Notes: generated by a model from the letters alone, not told the origin. A stretch of DNA of 39,779 bases from an uncultured bacterium (GCA_903908025.1 CAIVQM010000525.1:1-39779); one strand, 5' to 3'. Positions 10,527 through 20,097 are shown, numbered from the stretch's first letter. Made by a program: numbers and translations.

Positions 10527-11873
10527 ATGACGTTCACCGCCGATCCCACCGAGGGCCAGCGAGTGCACGCGCTCGACCGCGCGCACGTCTTCCACTCATG
10601 GAGTGCGCAGGGCGCACTGAACCCGATGGATATCGCGGCCGCCGAGGGCTGCTACGTCTGGGACTACGACGGCAACCGGTACCTCGACCTGTCATCGCAG
10701 CTGGTCAACGTGAACATCGGCCACCAGCACCCCAAGGTCGTCAAGGCGATCCAGGACCAGGCCGCGACACTCGCCACGATCGCTCCGCAGCACGCCAATG
10801 CCGCGCGCGGCGAGGCAGCGATGCGAATTGCGGGTCTCGCACCCGATGGCATGAACAAGGTCTTCTTCACCAACGGTGGCGCTGATGCCATCGAGAACGC
10901 GATCCGCATGGCGCGCCTGCACACCGGCAAGGAGAAGGTGCTCGCCTTCTACCGTTCGTACCACGGCAACACCGGCACTGCCATCCAGGCCACGGGTGAC
11001 CCGCGCCGTTGGCCCAATGAGTACGCCGATCACGTTGTGCACTTCTTCGGGCCCTACCCGTACCGCTCGAGCTTCTGGTCGAACAGCCCCGAGCAGGAGA
11101 CCGAGCGCGCACTGCAGCATCTCGAGCAGGTCGTCGCGTTCGAAGGCCCGGGCACCATCGCCGCGATTCTGATGGAGTCCGTCGTGGGCACGGCCGGCGT
11201 GCTCATCCCGCCGCCCGGCTACATGGAGGGCGTGCGCGCCCTGTGCGACAAGAACGGGATCCTGTTCATCGCCGACGAGGTGATGGCGGGCTTCGGTCGC
11301 ACCGGCAAGTGGTTCGCCTTCCAGCACTTCAACATCACTCCCGACCTGATCACCTTCGCCAAGGGCTCCAACTCCGGCTACGTGCCGGTGGGCGGCGTGA
11401 TCATCTCCGACCCGATCGCCGCGACGTTCGACGAGCGCGTGTTCCCCGGAGGTCTCACGTACTCGGGCCACCCGCTCGCGGCAGCCTCTATCGTTGCGTC
11501 GATCGATGCGATGAAGGAGGAGGGCATCGTCGAGAACGCAGCCCACATCGGCGAGGACATCCTCGGCCCGGGCCTGCGCGACCTGGCTGAGCGTCACCCG
11601 GTGATCGGAGAGGCTCGCGGGCTTGGTGTCTTCTGGGCACTCGACCTCGTGAGCAACCGCGAGACGCGCGAGCCGTTGGCCCCCTACGGCGGGACGTCGC
11701 CGGCGATGGCAGAGCTCGGTGCGGAGATCAAGAAGCGCGGTGCACTGCCGTTCATGAACTTCAACCGGCTCCACGTTGTGCCGCCGTGCACCATCACGGA
11801 CGCGGAGGCCCAAGAGGGCCTGGCAATCCTGGATGAGGCGTTTGCGGTGATCGACAAGCATTACACCGGCTGA
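10527..11873 (+). CDS. Class III (omega) pyridoxal-phosphate-dependent aminotransferase
   Basis: FTNGGADAIE, ADEVMAGFGRTGKWFA and TFAKG (PLP lysine) motifs. ATG 10527 is preceded by GAGGAG. Confidence 0.85.
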   Translation: MTFTADPTEGQRVHALDRAHVFHSWSAQGALNPMDIAAAEGCYVWDYDGNRYLDLSSQLVNVNIGHQHPKVVKAIQDQAATLATIAPQHANAARGEAAMRIAGLAPDGMNKVFFTNGGADAIENAIRMARLHTGKEKVLAFYRSYHGNTGTAIQATGDPRRWPNEYADHVVHFFGPYPYRSSFWSNSPEQETERALQHLEQVVAFEGPGTIAAILMESVVGTAGVLIPPPGYMEGVRALCDKNGILFIADEVMAGFGRTGKWFAFQHFNITPDLITFAKGSNSGYVPVGGVIISDPIAATFDERVFPGGLTYSGHPLAAASIVASIDAMKEEGIVENAAHIGEDILGPGLRDLAERHPVIGEARGLGVFWALDLVSNRETREPLAPYGGTSPAMAELGAEIKKRGALPFMNFNRLHVVPPCTITDAEAQEGLAILDEAFAVIDKHYTG

Positions 11874-11935
11874 TCGCGGTGAGCGAAGCGAGCCCCGGAG
11901 CAGGCAGCCGATGGGCGCGGCTGATCGCTCCCATT

Positions 11936-11997
11936 CGTTGAGCGCGCACTTGTCGCCCTGAATGTGCTGCTATGTGGCGACAAATCCGCACTCAACG
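11936..11997. repeat. Inverted repeat with 22-nt arms (19/22 complementary) and an 18-nt loop
   Basis: Arms CGTTGAGCGCGCACTTGTCGCC and GGCGACAAATCCGCACTCAACG, read directly. It lies in the 230-nt spacer before the metalloprotease gene. Confidence 0.6.
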
Positions 11998-12104
11998 AGG
12001 TGCGGTGTCTCTTGTATAGGGGGCAACGGATCCGCATGAGGTGTGGCTTGCCTAAGGGAGAATCGAGGGACGTCCAACAAGTCCTCTCCTGATCGGTAGC
12101 CCTC

Positions 12105-12815
12105 ATGTTGCGCACCTCCCGTTCGGTCCGCTGCGTGAGTGCAATAGCCGTCGGCGGGTTCGCAGCGGGCCTTGCCTTTTCGACACCTGCGAGCGCGAGC
12201 ATCGCGGCCGGGGACGACTACACGTCGATCTTCACGGACAGCAACCTGAAGGGTGCCGGCTGGGCCTCCTGCCCGACGGCGATCGTCTGGGACGCCGATG
12301 TCACGGCGCTCTCACCCCGCGGGGCGACGAACGCCATCTCCGACCTCGACTGGGCAATCACCACCTGGGGTAAGGCGGCCGGGCTGCCCGTCACTCGCGG
12401 CGCATCGGTCCCGCTGATCTACGACAACGCGAGCGCGACGGTCAACTCGGGCGCGACACCCGGGGGCCGCAAGATCTACGTGAAGTTCGTCCAGGACAAG
12501 GACTCCAACTACTTGAGTGGGCGCGTTGTCGGCGTCGCGACACCGACGAGTGTCATCCAGTCCAACGCCGAGGTGATCGGCGGATCCGCGGCCTTCCGCG
12601 TCGACTATGTGGAGTACGCCAACAAGTCGGAGTCGCGGACCCTGCTGCTGCACGAGCTCGGCCACGCGCTCGGTCTCGGTCACTCGAACGACAAGAAGAG
12701 CGTGATGTTCCCGATCGTCACGAGCACCATCGATCTCTCTGCGGGGGACACGGCCGGAATCAAGGCGTTCACGAAGAACTGCGACCCCGCCGTGGCAGCC
12801 CAGCGCGGCCAGTAG
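12105..12815 (+). CDS. Secreted zinc metalloprotease, metzincin (matrixin/M10-like)
   Basis: Signal peptide ending ASA, an HELGHALGLGH zinc site (HExxHxxGxxH) and an SVMFP Met-turn. Confidence 0.8.
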   Translation: MLRTSRSVRCVSAIAVGGFAAGLAFSTPASASIAAGDDYTSIFTDSNLKGAGWASCPTAIVWDADVTALSPRGATNAISDLDWAITTWGKAAGLPVTRGASVPLIYDNASATVNSGATPGGRKIYVKFVQDKDSNYLSGRVVGVATPTSVIQSNAEVIGGSAAFRVDYVEYANKSESRTLLLHELGHALGLGHSNDKKSVMFPIVTSTIDLSAGDTAGIKAFTKNCDPAVAAQRGQ

Positions 12816-12863
12816 CAGCGCAGCTGCCGACGAAGACCCGAACCCACTGATGACAGGGACTTG

Positions 12864-14798
12864 ATGAGGAAACTCCGTGCAGCACGTCTCTCCGCCGTCG
12901 TGGCTGCGTCGGCCGCGATCCTGACGGCCTGCTCCTCCGGCGCCCCCACCTCGACGCCGTCGCAGGCGGGATCGGTGGCTGCTTCGGTTGCACCGTCTCC
13001 CCTTTCGACGGCAGCCATCGAGGAGCAGACGAACCCCTATGCGAGTGTGACCGGCCCGATCACGGTCGGCAGCCTGGAGTTCACCAGCAGCCGGATCATG
13101 GCCGAGCTCTACGTCCGAGCTCTTCGGGAGGCTGGCTACATCGCTCAACTGACGGTGCCGTCGACCAACCCGGTGTTCCTACCGGCCATGGAGTCAGGCA
13201 GGGTCGACGTCCTGCCGGCATACGCGAGCCTGTTTGCCGATTTCCTCTACGTCAACGACAACGGCGAGGGATCCGTTCGCCCGGCCACGAGTGGAGTTGA
13301 GTCGACCCTCGCTGCGGCAAACGACCTCGCTGCGGCGCACGGGATCGAACTGCTCAACGCCACGCCAGCAGCCGAGACAGCGGCCTTCGCGGTCACGAAG
13401 ACCTTTTCGGAGGCGAACAAGATCACGACGCTGTCGCAACTTGCCGAGTGGAGCAGCAGCAATCCGCTGAGGATGGGAGGGGAGGAACTCTGCGAGATCC
13501 GTCCCTACTGCAAGCCGAACCTCGAGAAGACATACGGGATCGATGTCAAGGACTACGTCGTCCTGTCTGCGGACGGCGCGGTCGTCAGGTCCGCCCTCGT
13601 GCGTGGCGGTATCGAACTGGGTTACATCGCTGGCACCGACAAGGCGGCCAAGAGCCCTGACCTCGTCGTGCTCGATCAGGACAAGCCCCTCAACATCGTG
13701 GGCAACGTGGCACCCGTGATTCGAACGGCAATTGCCACGACCGATGTGGTCACGGTCCTGGACGCTGTTACGGCTGCTGTGACGGATGAGGAACTCGGTG
13801 CGATGGTGAATGCCGTCCAGGTCGAGGGCGAGCCCATCGCTCGTGTCACTGGCGATTTCATCTCGGCGAATAGCCTCGGGGAGGGTCTCTACACGGGGTC
13901 CACCAAAGTGGTCGGCGTCAACGTTCCGCAGGAGCAGGCAGCGGTACCCGAGGCCCCGGTCGAGGACGGGCCCCTGCGGATCACCTACGCACCGCTGACC
14001 GACACGGCCATCGCCGCCGGCGTGTATGCGGCGGCGTTGAAGGCTGCCGGCATCGACGTCCTCGTCGGAGAGGCGCGGAACCCGGCGGACATCCTCGCCG
14101 CCCTGCCTTCGGGGGAAGTGCAGTTCGCGCCTATGCGGCTCAACGCGATCACGAACATCCTGAATACCAACGCGAATGGGCAGCTGACCCTCCCCATCGA
14201 AGGTCGCAACGTCAACAAGATGGTGGCGAATGCGCGCGCGTTGGCCAAGCCACTGGGCATGACGATCCTGAAGGCTTCCACTGCGAACGTGAGTAGTGCC
14301 TGGGCCGTGAGCAAGGACTTCGTTGCCAATACGGGTGTCAGGACACTCTCGGATCTCGCACGCGTGAGTCAGGACCGTCCTATCACGCTCGCGGGGCCAC
14401 CCTCGTGCACCGTCGAGGTGTGGTGCAAGGCGTTCCTTGAGGACAAGTACGACGTCAAGATCGTCGATTTCGAGCCGCTCGACTGGGGCGGCGGCCTCAC
14501 CCGTGCTGCCGTCGATCAAGGTGCCGTCGATGTCGGCTGGATGGAGGGCAACGACGGTGGACTTGAGGAGTTCGGGTTCACCGCTCTGGCTGACGACCTC
14601 GGGCGGGAGTCGGTCAACCCCATCACGCCGGTGCTGAACTCGGCGTCCCTGACGCCCGAGATCAAGAAGGTCCTGGACCAGGTATCGACGGTCTTCACAA
14701 CCGACGACCTGAAGAAGATGAACCGGGCTATCGAGTTCGACCGTGAGGACATCTCCGCAGTGGTCAACCGCTTCGTCCGGCAGCACGGACTCGCCTAG
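12864..14798 (+). CDS. Lipoprotein with two tandem OpuAC-type (glycine betaine/osmoprotectant) substrate-binding domains
   Basis: Lipobox LTAC. The two halves are visibly paralogous, for example ELCEIRPYCKPNLEKTYGIDV versus PSCTVEVWCKAFLEDKYDVKI. There is no permease or ATPase adjacent. Confidence 0.75.
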   Translation: MRKLRAARLSAVVAASAAILTACSSGAPTSTPSQAGSVAASVAPSPLSTAAIEEQTNPYASVTGPITVGSLEFTSSRIMAELYVRALREAGYIAQLTVPSTNPVFLPAMESGRVDVLPAYASLFADFLYVNDNGEGSVRPATSGVESTLAAANDLAAAHGIELLNATPAAETAAFAVTKTFSEANKITTLSQLAEWSSSNPLRMGGEELCEIRPYCKPNLEKTYGIDVKDYVVLSADGAVVRSALVRGGIELGYIAGTDKAAKSPDLVVLDQDKPLNIVGNVAPVIRTAIATTDVVTVLDAVTAAVTDEELGAMVNAVQVEGEPIARVTGDFISANSLGEGLYTGSTKVVGVNVPQEQAAVPEAPVEDGPLRITYAPLTDTAIAAGVYAAALKAAGIDVLVGEARNPADILAALPSGEVQFAPMRLNAITNILNTNANGQLTLPIEGRNVNKMVANARALAKPLGMTILKASTANVSSAWAVSKDFVANTGVRTLSDLARVSQDRPITLAGPPSCTVEVWCKAFLEDKYDVKIVDFEPLDWGGGLTRAAVDQGAVDVGWMEGNDGGLEEFGFTALADDLGRESVNPITPVLNSASLTPEIKKVLDQVSTVFTTDDLKKMNRAIEFDREDISAVVNRFVRQHGLA

Positions 14799-14819
14799 GT
14801 CTCGACTGGCCCGCATCAA

Positions 14820-14825
14820 TAGAGT
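14820..14825 (+). promoter_or_regulatory. Candidate -10 box TAGAGT for a leaderless purD transcript
   Basis: TAnnnT hexamer, with the purD GTG (14832) starting 7 nt after it. The intergenic gap is only 33 nt. Confidence 0.3.
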
Positions 14826-14831
14826 TGGTGC

Positions 14832-16103
14832 GTGAAGGTCCTCGTTATCGGCTCTGGCGCGCGTGAGCACGCCCTCATCACGGCCCTGCTGGCCGACGAC
14901 ACCGTCACTGCGGTGTTCGCCGCCCCGGGCAACGCGGGCATCGCCAGCGTGGTGCCCACGTATGCGGTCTCCGTTGACGATCCCGGTGATGTGGCGGTCC
15001 TGGCCGCCGATCTCGGGGTCGACATGGTCGTCATCGGTCCCGAGGGGCCGCTGGTCGCCGGGGTGGCCGATGCGGTCCAAGAGCGCGGGATCGCCTGCTT
15101 CGGGCCGTCGGCAGCGGCGGCGCAGCTCGAGGGCAGCAAGGCATTCGCGAAGCGGGTCATGGCCGAGGCCGGAGTGCCTACGTCGATGGCGCACGTCTGC
15201 ACGAGTCTCGACGAGGTTGGCGCTGCACTTGACCAGTTCGGTGCGCCCTATGTGGTGAAGGACGACGGACTCGCTGCGGGTAAGGGCGTTGTCGTCACGT
15301 CGGATCGCGCTGAAGCGCTGGCACATGCCCGCACGTGTCTCGCGCGCAGCAACGTTGCTCAGGTCGTCGTTGAGGAGTACCTCGACGGCGAGGAGGTGTC
15401 GCTGTTCGCCATCACCGACGGCACCACCGTGGTTGCACTCCAGCCGGCGCAGGACTTCAAGCGCATTGGCGACGACGATACCGGCCCGAACACAGGTGGC
15501 ATGGGCGCATACTCGCCACTGCCATGGGCTCCCGCGAATCTGGTGGCCGACGTCACCGAACGCGTGCTCCAGCCGATGGTCGACGCGATGCGTCGCCGCG
15601 GCACTCCGTTCGCGGGCCTGCTGTACGCAGGGCTCGCGATGACGTCGCGCGGCTTTCGCGTCATCGAGTTCAACGCGCGCTTCGGTGATCCGGAGACGCA
15701 GGTCGTTCTCGCGAACCTGCGCTCCCCGCTCGGCCAGCTCCTGTATGCGGCCGCGACGGCACGACTTGCGGACGTGCCGGCGTTGGTGTGGCAGTCCGGA
15801 TATGCCGTGACTGTTGTCATCGCTGCTCAGGGTTACCCCGAGTCCCCGCGCAGGGGTGGCATCATCACGGGCCTCAAGCAGGCCGCCGAGTGTGTCGGGG
15901 TAGAGATCTTCCATGCGGGGACGAGCATCACCGACGACGGGATCGCTGCCTCGGGTGGACGGGTGCTGTCGGTTACGGCGCACGGCGAGACCCTCGCCCA
16001 CGCCCGCGAGCACGCTTACGCCGCCGTCGATCTCATCACCCTCGAGGGCTCCCACCATCGACGCGACATTGCGAAGCGAGCCGCTCAAGAGATGGAAGGA
16101 TGA
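14832..16103 (+). CDS. purD: Phosphoribosylamine--glycine ligase
   Basis: 423 aa with the MKVLVIGSGAREHAL N-terminus and full-length ATP-grasp PurD similarity. Confidence 0.95.
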   Translation: MKVLVIGSGAREHALITALLADDTVTAVFAAPGNAGIASVVPTYAVSVDDPGDVAVLAADLGVDMVVIGPEGPLVAGVADAVQERGIACFGPSAAAAQLEGSKAFAKRVMAEAGVPTSMAHVCTSLDEVGAALDQFGAPYVVKDDGLAAGKGVVVTSDRAEALAHARTCLARSNVAQVVVEEYLDGEEVSLFAITDGTTVVALQPAQDFKRIGDDDTGPNTGGMGAYSPLPWAPANLVADVTERVLQPMVDAMRRRGTPFAGLLYAGLAMTSRGFRVIEFNARFGDPETQVVLANLRSPLGQLLYAAATARLADVPALVWQSGYAVTVVIAAQGYPESPRRGGIITGLKQAAECVGVEIFHAGTSITDDGIAASGGRVLSVTAHGETLAHAREHAYAAVDLITLEGSHHRRDIAKRAAQEMEG

Positions 16104-16107
16104 CCGC

Positions 16108-17541
16108 GTGAGCGCGAAGGCACGTATTCCCAACGTCCTTGCTGGCCGGTACGCATCGGCGGACATGACGGGTGTGTGGTCGCCTGAGGCGAAGATCGTC
16201 ATGGAACGCCGGCTGTGGCTAGCGGTAGCTTCCGCTCAGGTTTCGCTGGGGCTCGATATGCCGGCGGGCGCTCTCGACGACTATCTGCGTGTCATTGACC
16301 AGGTCGATGTCGCTTCCATCGCCGAGCGCGAGCGTGTCACCAAGCACGATGTGAAGGCCCGCATCGAGGAGTTCAACGCCCTCGCGGGCCACGAGTACGT
16401 GCATGTCGGCATGACATCGCGCGATCTGACGGAGAACGTCGAGCAGTTGCAGATCCGCGACGCGCTGCTGATCGTTCGCGACCGTTGCGTCGCAACACTC
16501 GACCGCCTCGCGGCGCTCGCTATCGCATACTCGGACACGGCTCTGACGGGCCGCTCGCACAACGTGCCAGCGCAGACCACCACGCTGGGCAAGCGCTTCG
16601 CTTCCGCGGCTGATGAACTGCTCGTCGCCTTCGGCCGGCTCGAGGACCTCATCGAGCGTTATCCGCTCCGCGGGATCAAGGGCCCCGTCGGTACGGCCCA
16701 GGACATGCTCGACCTGATGGGCGGCGACGAGGAGCGACTCACTCAGCTCGAACAGGCCGTGGCGCAGCACCTTGGTTTCGCCAACGTGCTCGACAGCGTC
16801 GGACAGGTCTACCCGCGCTCCCTGGACCTTGACGTCGTCTCCGCGCTGACGCAGGTCGCTGCGTCGCCATCAAGCCTCGCGACGACGATCCGCCTGATGG
16901 CGGGCCACGATCTGGTCACGGAGGGCTTCCGTCCCGGCCAGGTGGGCTCATCGGCGATGCCGCACAAGATGAACTCGCGATCGTGTGAGCGCGTCAACGG
17001 CTTCACCGTCCTGCTGCGCGGCTACCTGACGATGGTGGCCGACCTGTCCGGCTCGCAGTGGAATGAGGGCGACGTCTACTGCTCGGTGGTGCGCCGCGTC
17101 GCGTTGCCAGATGCCTTCTTCGCGATCGACGGGTTGTTCGAGACTTTCCTGACGGTGCTCGACGACTTTGGTGCCTTCCCCGCTGTGATCGATCGCGAAC
17201 TCGAGCGCTACCTGCCGTTTCTATCGACCACGAAGGTGCTGATGGCGGCGGTGCGAAATGGCGTCGGACGTGAGACGGCGCATGAGGCCATCAAGGAGCA
17301 TGCAGTCTCGGTTGCGCTGGCGATGCGCGAGGCAGGACAGGGCGAGAACGACCTGATCGCGCGACTCGCTGGCGATGCCCGGTTGGGACTATCGGAGGCC
17401 GATCTGCAGGCGCTGATCGCCGAGCCGATGTCCTTCACGGGCGCGGCCGCCAGCCAGGTTCGCGCTGTCGCCGACAAGGTGGCAGCCATCGTCGACCGGT
17501 TCCCGGACGCCGCTTCCTATCGACCGGGGGACATCCTGTGA
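16108..17541 (+). CDS. purB: Adenylosuccinate lyase
   Basis: SSAMPHKMN signature of the fumarate-lyase family. GTG 16108 lies 4 nt after the purD stop; the upstream part of ORF 15913.. overlaps purD. Confidence 0.93.
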   Translation: MSAKARIPNVLAGRYASADMTGVWSPEAKIVMERRLWLAVASAQVSLGLDMPAGALDDYLRVIDQVDVASIAERERVTKHDVKARIEEFNALAGHEYVHVGMTSRDLTENVEQLQIRDALLIVRDRCVATLDRLAALAIAYSDTALTGRSHNVPAQTTTLGKRFASAADELLVAFGRLEDLIERYPLRGIKGPVGTAQDMLDLMGGDEERLTQLEQAVAQHLGFANVLDSVGQVYPRSLDLDVVSALTQVAASPSSLATTIRLMAGHDLVTEGFRPGQVGSSAMPHKMNSRSCERVNGFTVLLRGYLTMVADLSGSQWNEGDVYCSVVRRVALPDAFFAIDGLFETFLTVLDDFGAFPAVIDRELERYLPFLSTTKVLMAAVRNGVGRETAHEAIKEHAVSVALAMREAGQGENDLIARLAGDARLGLSEADLQALIAEPMSFTGAAASQVRAVADKVAAIVDRFPDAASYRPGDIL

Positions 17542-18440
17542 CGAACTCAACGACCGCACCCGACTACGGCCTCGGCGCCGAGTACGAGCACATCTACTCG
17601 GGCAAGGTCCGCGACCTGTACCGCACGCCCGACGACCGACTGCTCTTCGTCGCGAGCGATCGCATCTCTGCGTACGACTGGGTTCTCCCGACGACGATCC
17701 CTGACAAGGGCCGCATCCTCACGTCGCTGTCGAAGTGGTGGTTCAGGAAACTTGAGGGTGTCGTCCCGAACCACGTTGCATCGGGTCGGATTCCCAAGGC
17801 GGTGGCGGGCCGGGCGATGGTCTGTGAGCGCCTCGACATGCTGCCGGTCGAGTGCGTCGTGCGCGGGTACCTCGCGGGCTCCGGGTTCACCGACTACCTC
17901 GCCCAGGGCTCGATCTGCGGCAACGGGCTCCCGCCGGGACTCAAGGACGGGGCGTTGCTGCCCAAGCACCTCTTCACCCCCGCGACCAAGGCGGCACTCG
18001 GCGAGCACGACGTGAACGTGACCTTTGACGAGGTCATCGTCGAGATCGGGCAGGAGGAGGCGCAGGAGATAAAGCGCATGTCGATGGCGGTCTACGAGGT
18101 AGCCCTCGAGACGGCCCGCGAGCGCGGCCTGATCCTCGCCGACACGAAGTTCGAGTTCGGCTTCGCTCGCTCCGGAAAGTACGTCGGACGCATCGTGCTC
18201 GCCGACGAGGTTCTCACGCCCGACTCCTCTCGTTACTGGTCTGCCGCGACGTGGGCGCCGGGCGGCCCGCAGCCGTCCTTCGACAAGCAGTACGTCCGCG
18301 ACTGGCTGACGTCGCCGGAGTCGGGCTGGGACAAGTCATCCGACACCCCCCCGCCGCCGCTTCCGGATCACGTCGTCGAGCAGACGCGCGCGAAGTACGT
18401 CGAGGTCTACGAGATCCTGACGGGCGAGACGTTCGTATGA
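17538..18440 (+). CDS. purC: Phosphoribosylaminoimidazole-succinocarboxamide (SAICAR) synthase
   Basis: GKVRDLY and DRISAYD motifs. GTGA overlap with the purB stop. Confidence 0.93.
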   Translation: MTNSTTAPDYGLGAEYEHIYSGKVRDLYRTPDDRLLFVASDRISAYDWVLPTTIPDKGRILTSLSKWWFRKLEGVVPNHVASGRIPKAVAGRAMVCERLDMLPVECVVRGYLAGSGFTDYLAQGSICGNGLPPGLKDGALLPKHLFTPATKAALGEHDVNVTFDEVIVEIGQEEAQEIKRMSMAVYEVALETARERGLILADTKFEFGFARSGKYVGRIVLADEVLTPDSSRYWSAATWAPGGPQPSFDKQYVRDWLTSPESGWDKSSDTPPPPLPDHVVEQTRAKYVEVYEILTGETFV

Positions 18441-19402
18441 CGACCTGGCTCGTGACGGGTGGCGCGGGATACATCGGCAGTCACGTTGCGCATGCGCTGG
18501 TCGCAAGCGGGCGTGACGTCGTGGTTCTCGACGACTTCTCGCATGGCCTTCGCCGCCGGGTGGCGCCGAAGACTCCGATCGTGAAGGCGTCGGTCCAGGA
18601 TCCGCACGCGGTCGCGATCGCGCTGCGTGACTACAACTGCACGGGCGTCATCCACCTCGCGGCCATCAAGGCGGCGGGCGAATCGGTGGAGCTGCCGTTG
18701 ACGTACTACCGGCAGAACATCGACGGGGTGATCTCCGTGCTGGAGGCCATGCAGACCGAAGGCGTCACGAACTTCGTCTACTCGTCGTCAGCGGCTGTGT
18801 ATGGCACGCCGGAGGTCAATCCCGTCGTTGAGGACGCCGCGCTTCATCCGGAGTCGCCGTACGGCGAGACGAAGGTGGTCGGGGAGTGGGCCTCGGCGGC
18901 GAGCGGTGCGGCATGGGGCCTGCGCTGGGCGGCGATGCGCTACTTCAACGTGGCAGGTGCGGGAGCCGACGAGCTCGGTGACAACAGTGTCAACAACCTG
19001 ATCCCGATGGTCTTCCAGGCCATGGAGGCGGGTGACCGTCCGCGGATCTTCGGCGACGACTACCCGACGCCGGACGGTAGTTGTATCCGCGACTACATCC
19101 ACGTGTCGGACCTCGCCGATGCCCATGTTGCTGCCGCGGCCGCCCTCGAGGAGGGCAGGGTCGTGGGACCGATCAACGTCGGTCGTGGCGAGGGCTCGTC
19201 CGTGCGCGAGGTCATGGACATGGTGAGTGAGGTGCTGGGCCGGGACATCGCACCCGAGGTGGTCGGGCGCCGGGCCGGGGATCCAGCCGCGACGTGGGCA
19301 TCGACCGAGCGGATCGAACGTGAACTTGGCTGGTACGCCGGCCACGATCTCCGCGACATGGTGGCCTCGGCCTGGTCCGCCTGGCAGGCATCGACCGACT
19401 GA
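18437..19402 (+). CDS. galE: UDP-glucose 4-epimerase
   Basis: VTGGAGYIGSH NAD-binding motif and YGETK (YxxxK). ATGA overlap with the purC stop; the upstream part of ORF 18251.. overlaps purC. Confidence 0.88.
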   Translation: MTTWLVTGGAGYIGSHVAHALVASGRDVVVLDDFSHGLRRRVAPKTPIVKASVQDPHAVAIALRDYNCTGVIHLAAIKAAGESVELPLTYYRQNIDGVISVLEAMQTEGVTNFVYSSSAAVYGTPEVNPVVEDAALHPESPYGETKVVGEWASAASGAAWGLRWAAMRYFNVAGAGADELGDNSVNNLIPMVFQAMEAGDRPRIFGDDYPTPDGSCIRDYIHVSDLADAHVAAAAALEEGRVVGPINVGRGEGSSVREVMDMVSEVLGRDIAPEVVGRRAGDPAATWASTERIERELGWYAGHDLRDMVASAWSAWQASTD

Positions 19403-19438
19403 CCAACGGTCTGGGCGTCTTGCCCAACGTATGGCATC

Positions 19439-19663
19439 ATGTATGGCATGAAGCGCACAACGGTCTACCTGCCTGAGGAACTCAAGTCCCTCCTTGAGGT
19501 CGAAGCAGCCCGGCGCGGGGTGTCCGAGGCGGAGCTCATCCGAACGGCTGTGGACAACGAAGTGCGCCGTGGGCGACTCTCGGGTGGAATCTTCACTGGT
19601 GGCGGTCTCGACGCTCGGGACATCGATTCGAGTGATGCCATGGAAGGGTTCGGCCGGGATTGA
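19439..19663 (+). CDS. vapB: Ribbon-helix-helix (CopG/VapB-type) antitoxin
   Basis: KRTTVYLPEELKSLLEVEAARRGVSEAELIRTAV is an RHH fold signature. TTGA overlap with the PIN gene. An alternative start is ATG 19448. Confidence 0.75.
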   Translation: MYGMKRTTVYLPEELKSLLEVEAARRGVSEAELIRTAVDNEVRRGRLSGGIFTGGGLDARDIDSSDAMEGFGRD

Positions 19664-20070
19664 TCATTCTCGATACGAGTGCGCTTTACGCGTACTTCCG
19701 GGCCGACGACCCTGACCACGTGTCGGTCGTTGACGTGATGAACAGCGGGCGTGAGCTCGTCGTGAGCCCCTACGTCGTGGCCGAACTCGACTACCTGCTG
19801 ACTCGACGGGCTGGCACGCGTGCGGAAATCCGAATGCTTGCCGAGTTGAGCAGCGGGGCCTTCGAACTGCCAGTCCTCGGAGCAGGGGATCTCATCACGT
19901 GCGCCGAGGTCATTGGGAGATTCCCGGACCAGAGCATCGGCGTCACCGATGCCTCGCTCGTCGTCCTGGCGGAGCGCTACGCGACGACGAAGATCGCGAC
20001 CTTCGACCACCGGCACTTCTCTGTCCTGCGGAGTCTCACTGGGGAGTCCTTCACCCTCCTGCCCGCCTGA
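19660..20070 (+). CDS. vapC: PIN-domain toxin VapC
   Basis: MIILDTSAL... and GVTDASLVVLAERY...TFDHRHF are typical of the PIN domain. Confidence 0.85.
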   Translation: MIILDTSALYAYFRADDPDHVSVVDVMNSGRELVVSPYVVAELDYLLTRRAGTRAEIRMLAELSSGAFELPVLGAGDLITCAEVIGRFPDQSIGVTDASLVVLAERYATTKIATFDHRHFSVLRSLTGESFTLLPA

Positions 20071-20097
20071 GCAGGGCCTGCGGCTGCCCCAGCAGGG

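Noticed and set aside
11861-12202. 113-aa minus-strand ORF covering the long spacer and the start of the metalloprotease gene
   Set aside because: It overlaps the protease start, has no motifs and has Arg/Ser/Thr-rich low-complexity composition. The spacer is better explained as non-coding.
13194-16202. 1002-aa minus-strand ORF spanning the lipoprotein gene, the intergenic gap and purD
   Set aside because: It is antisense to two well-supported genes. Its composition is Arg/Gly/Asp/His/Val-rich with no recognisable motifs. Long stop-free antisense frames are expected in high-GC DNA.
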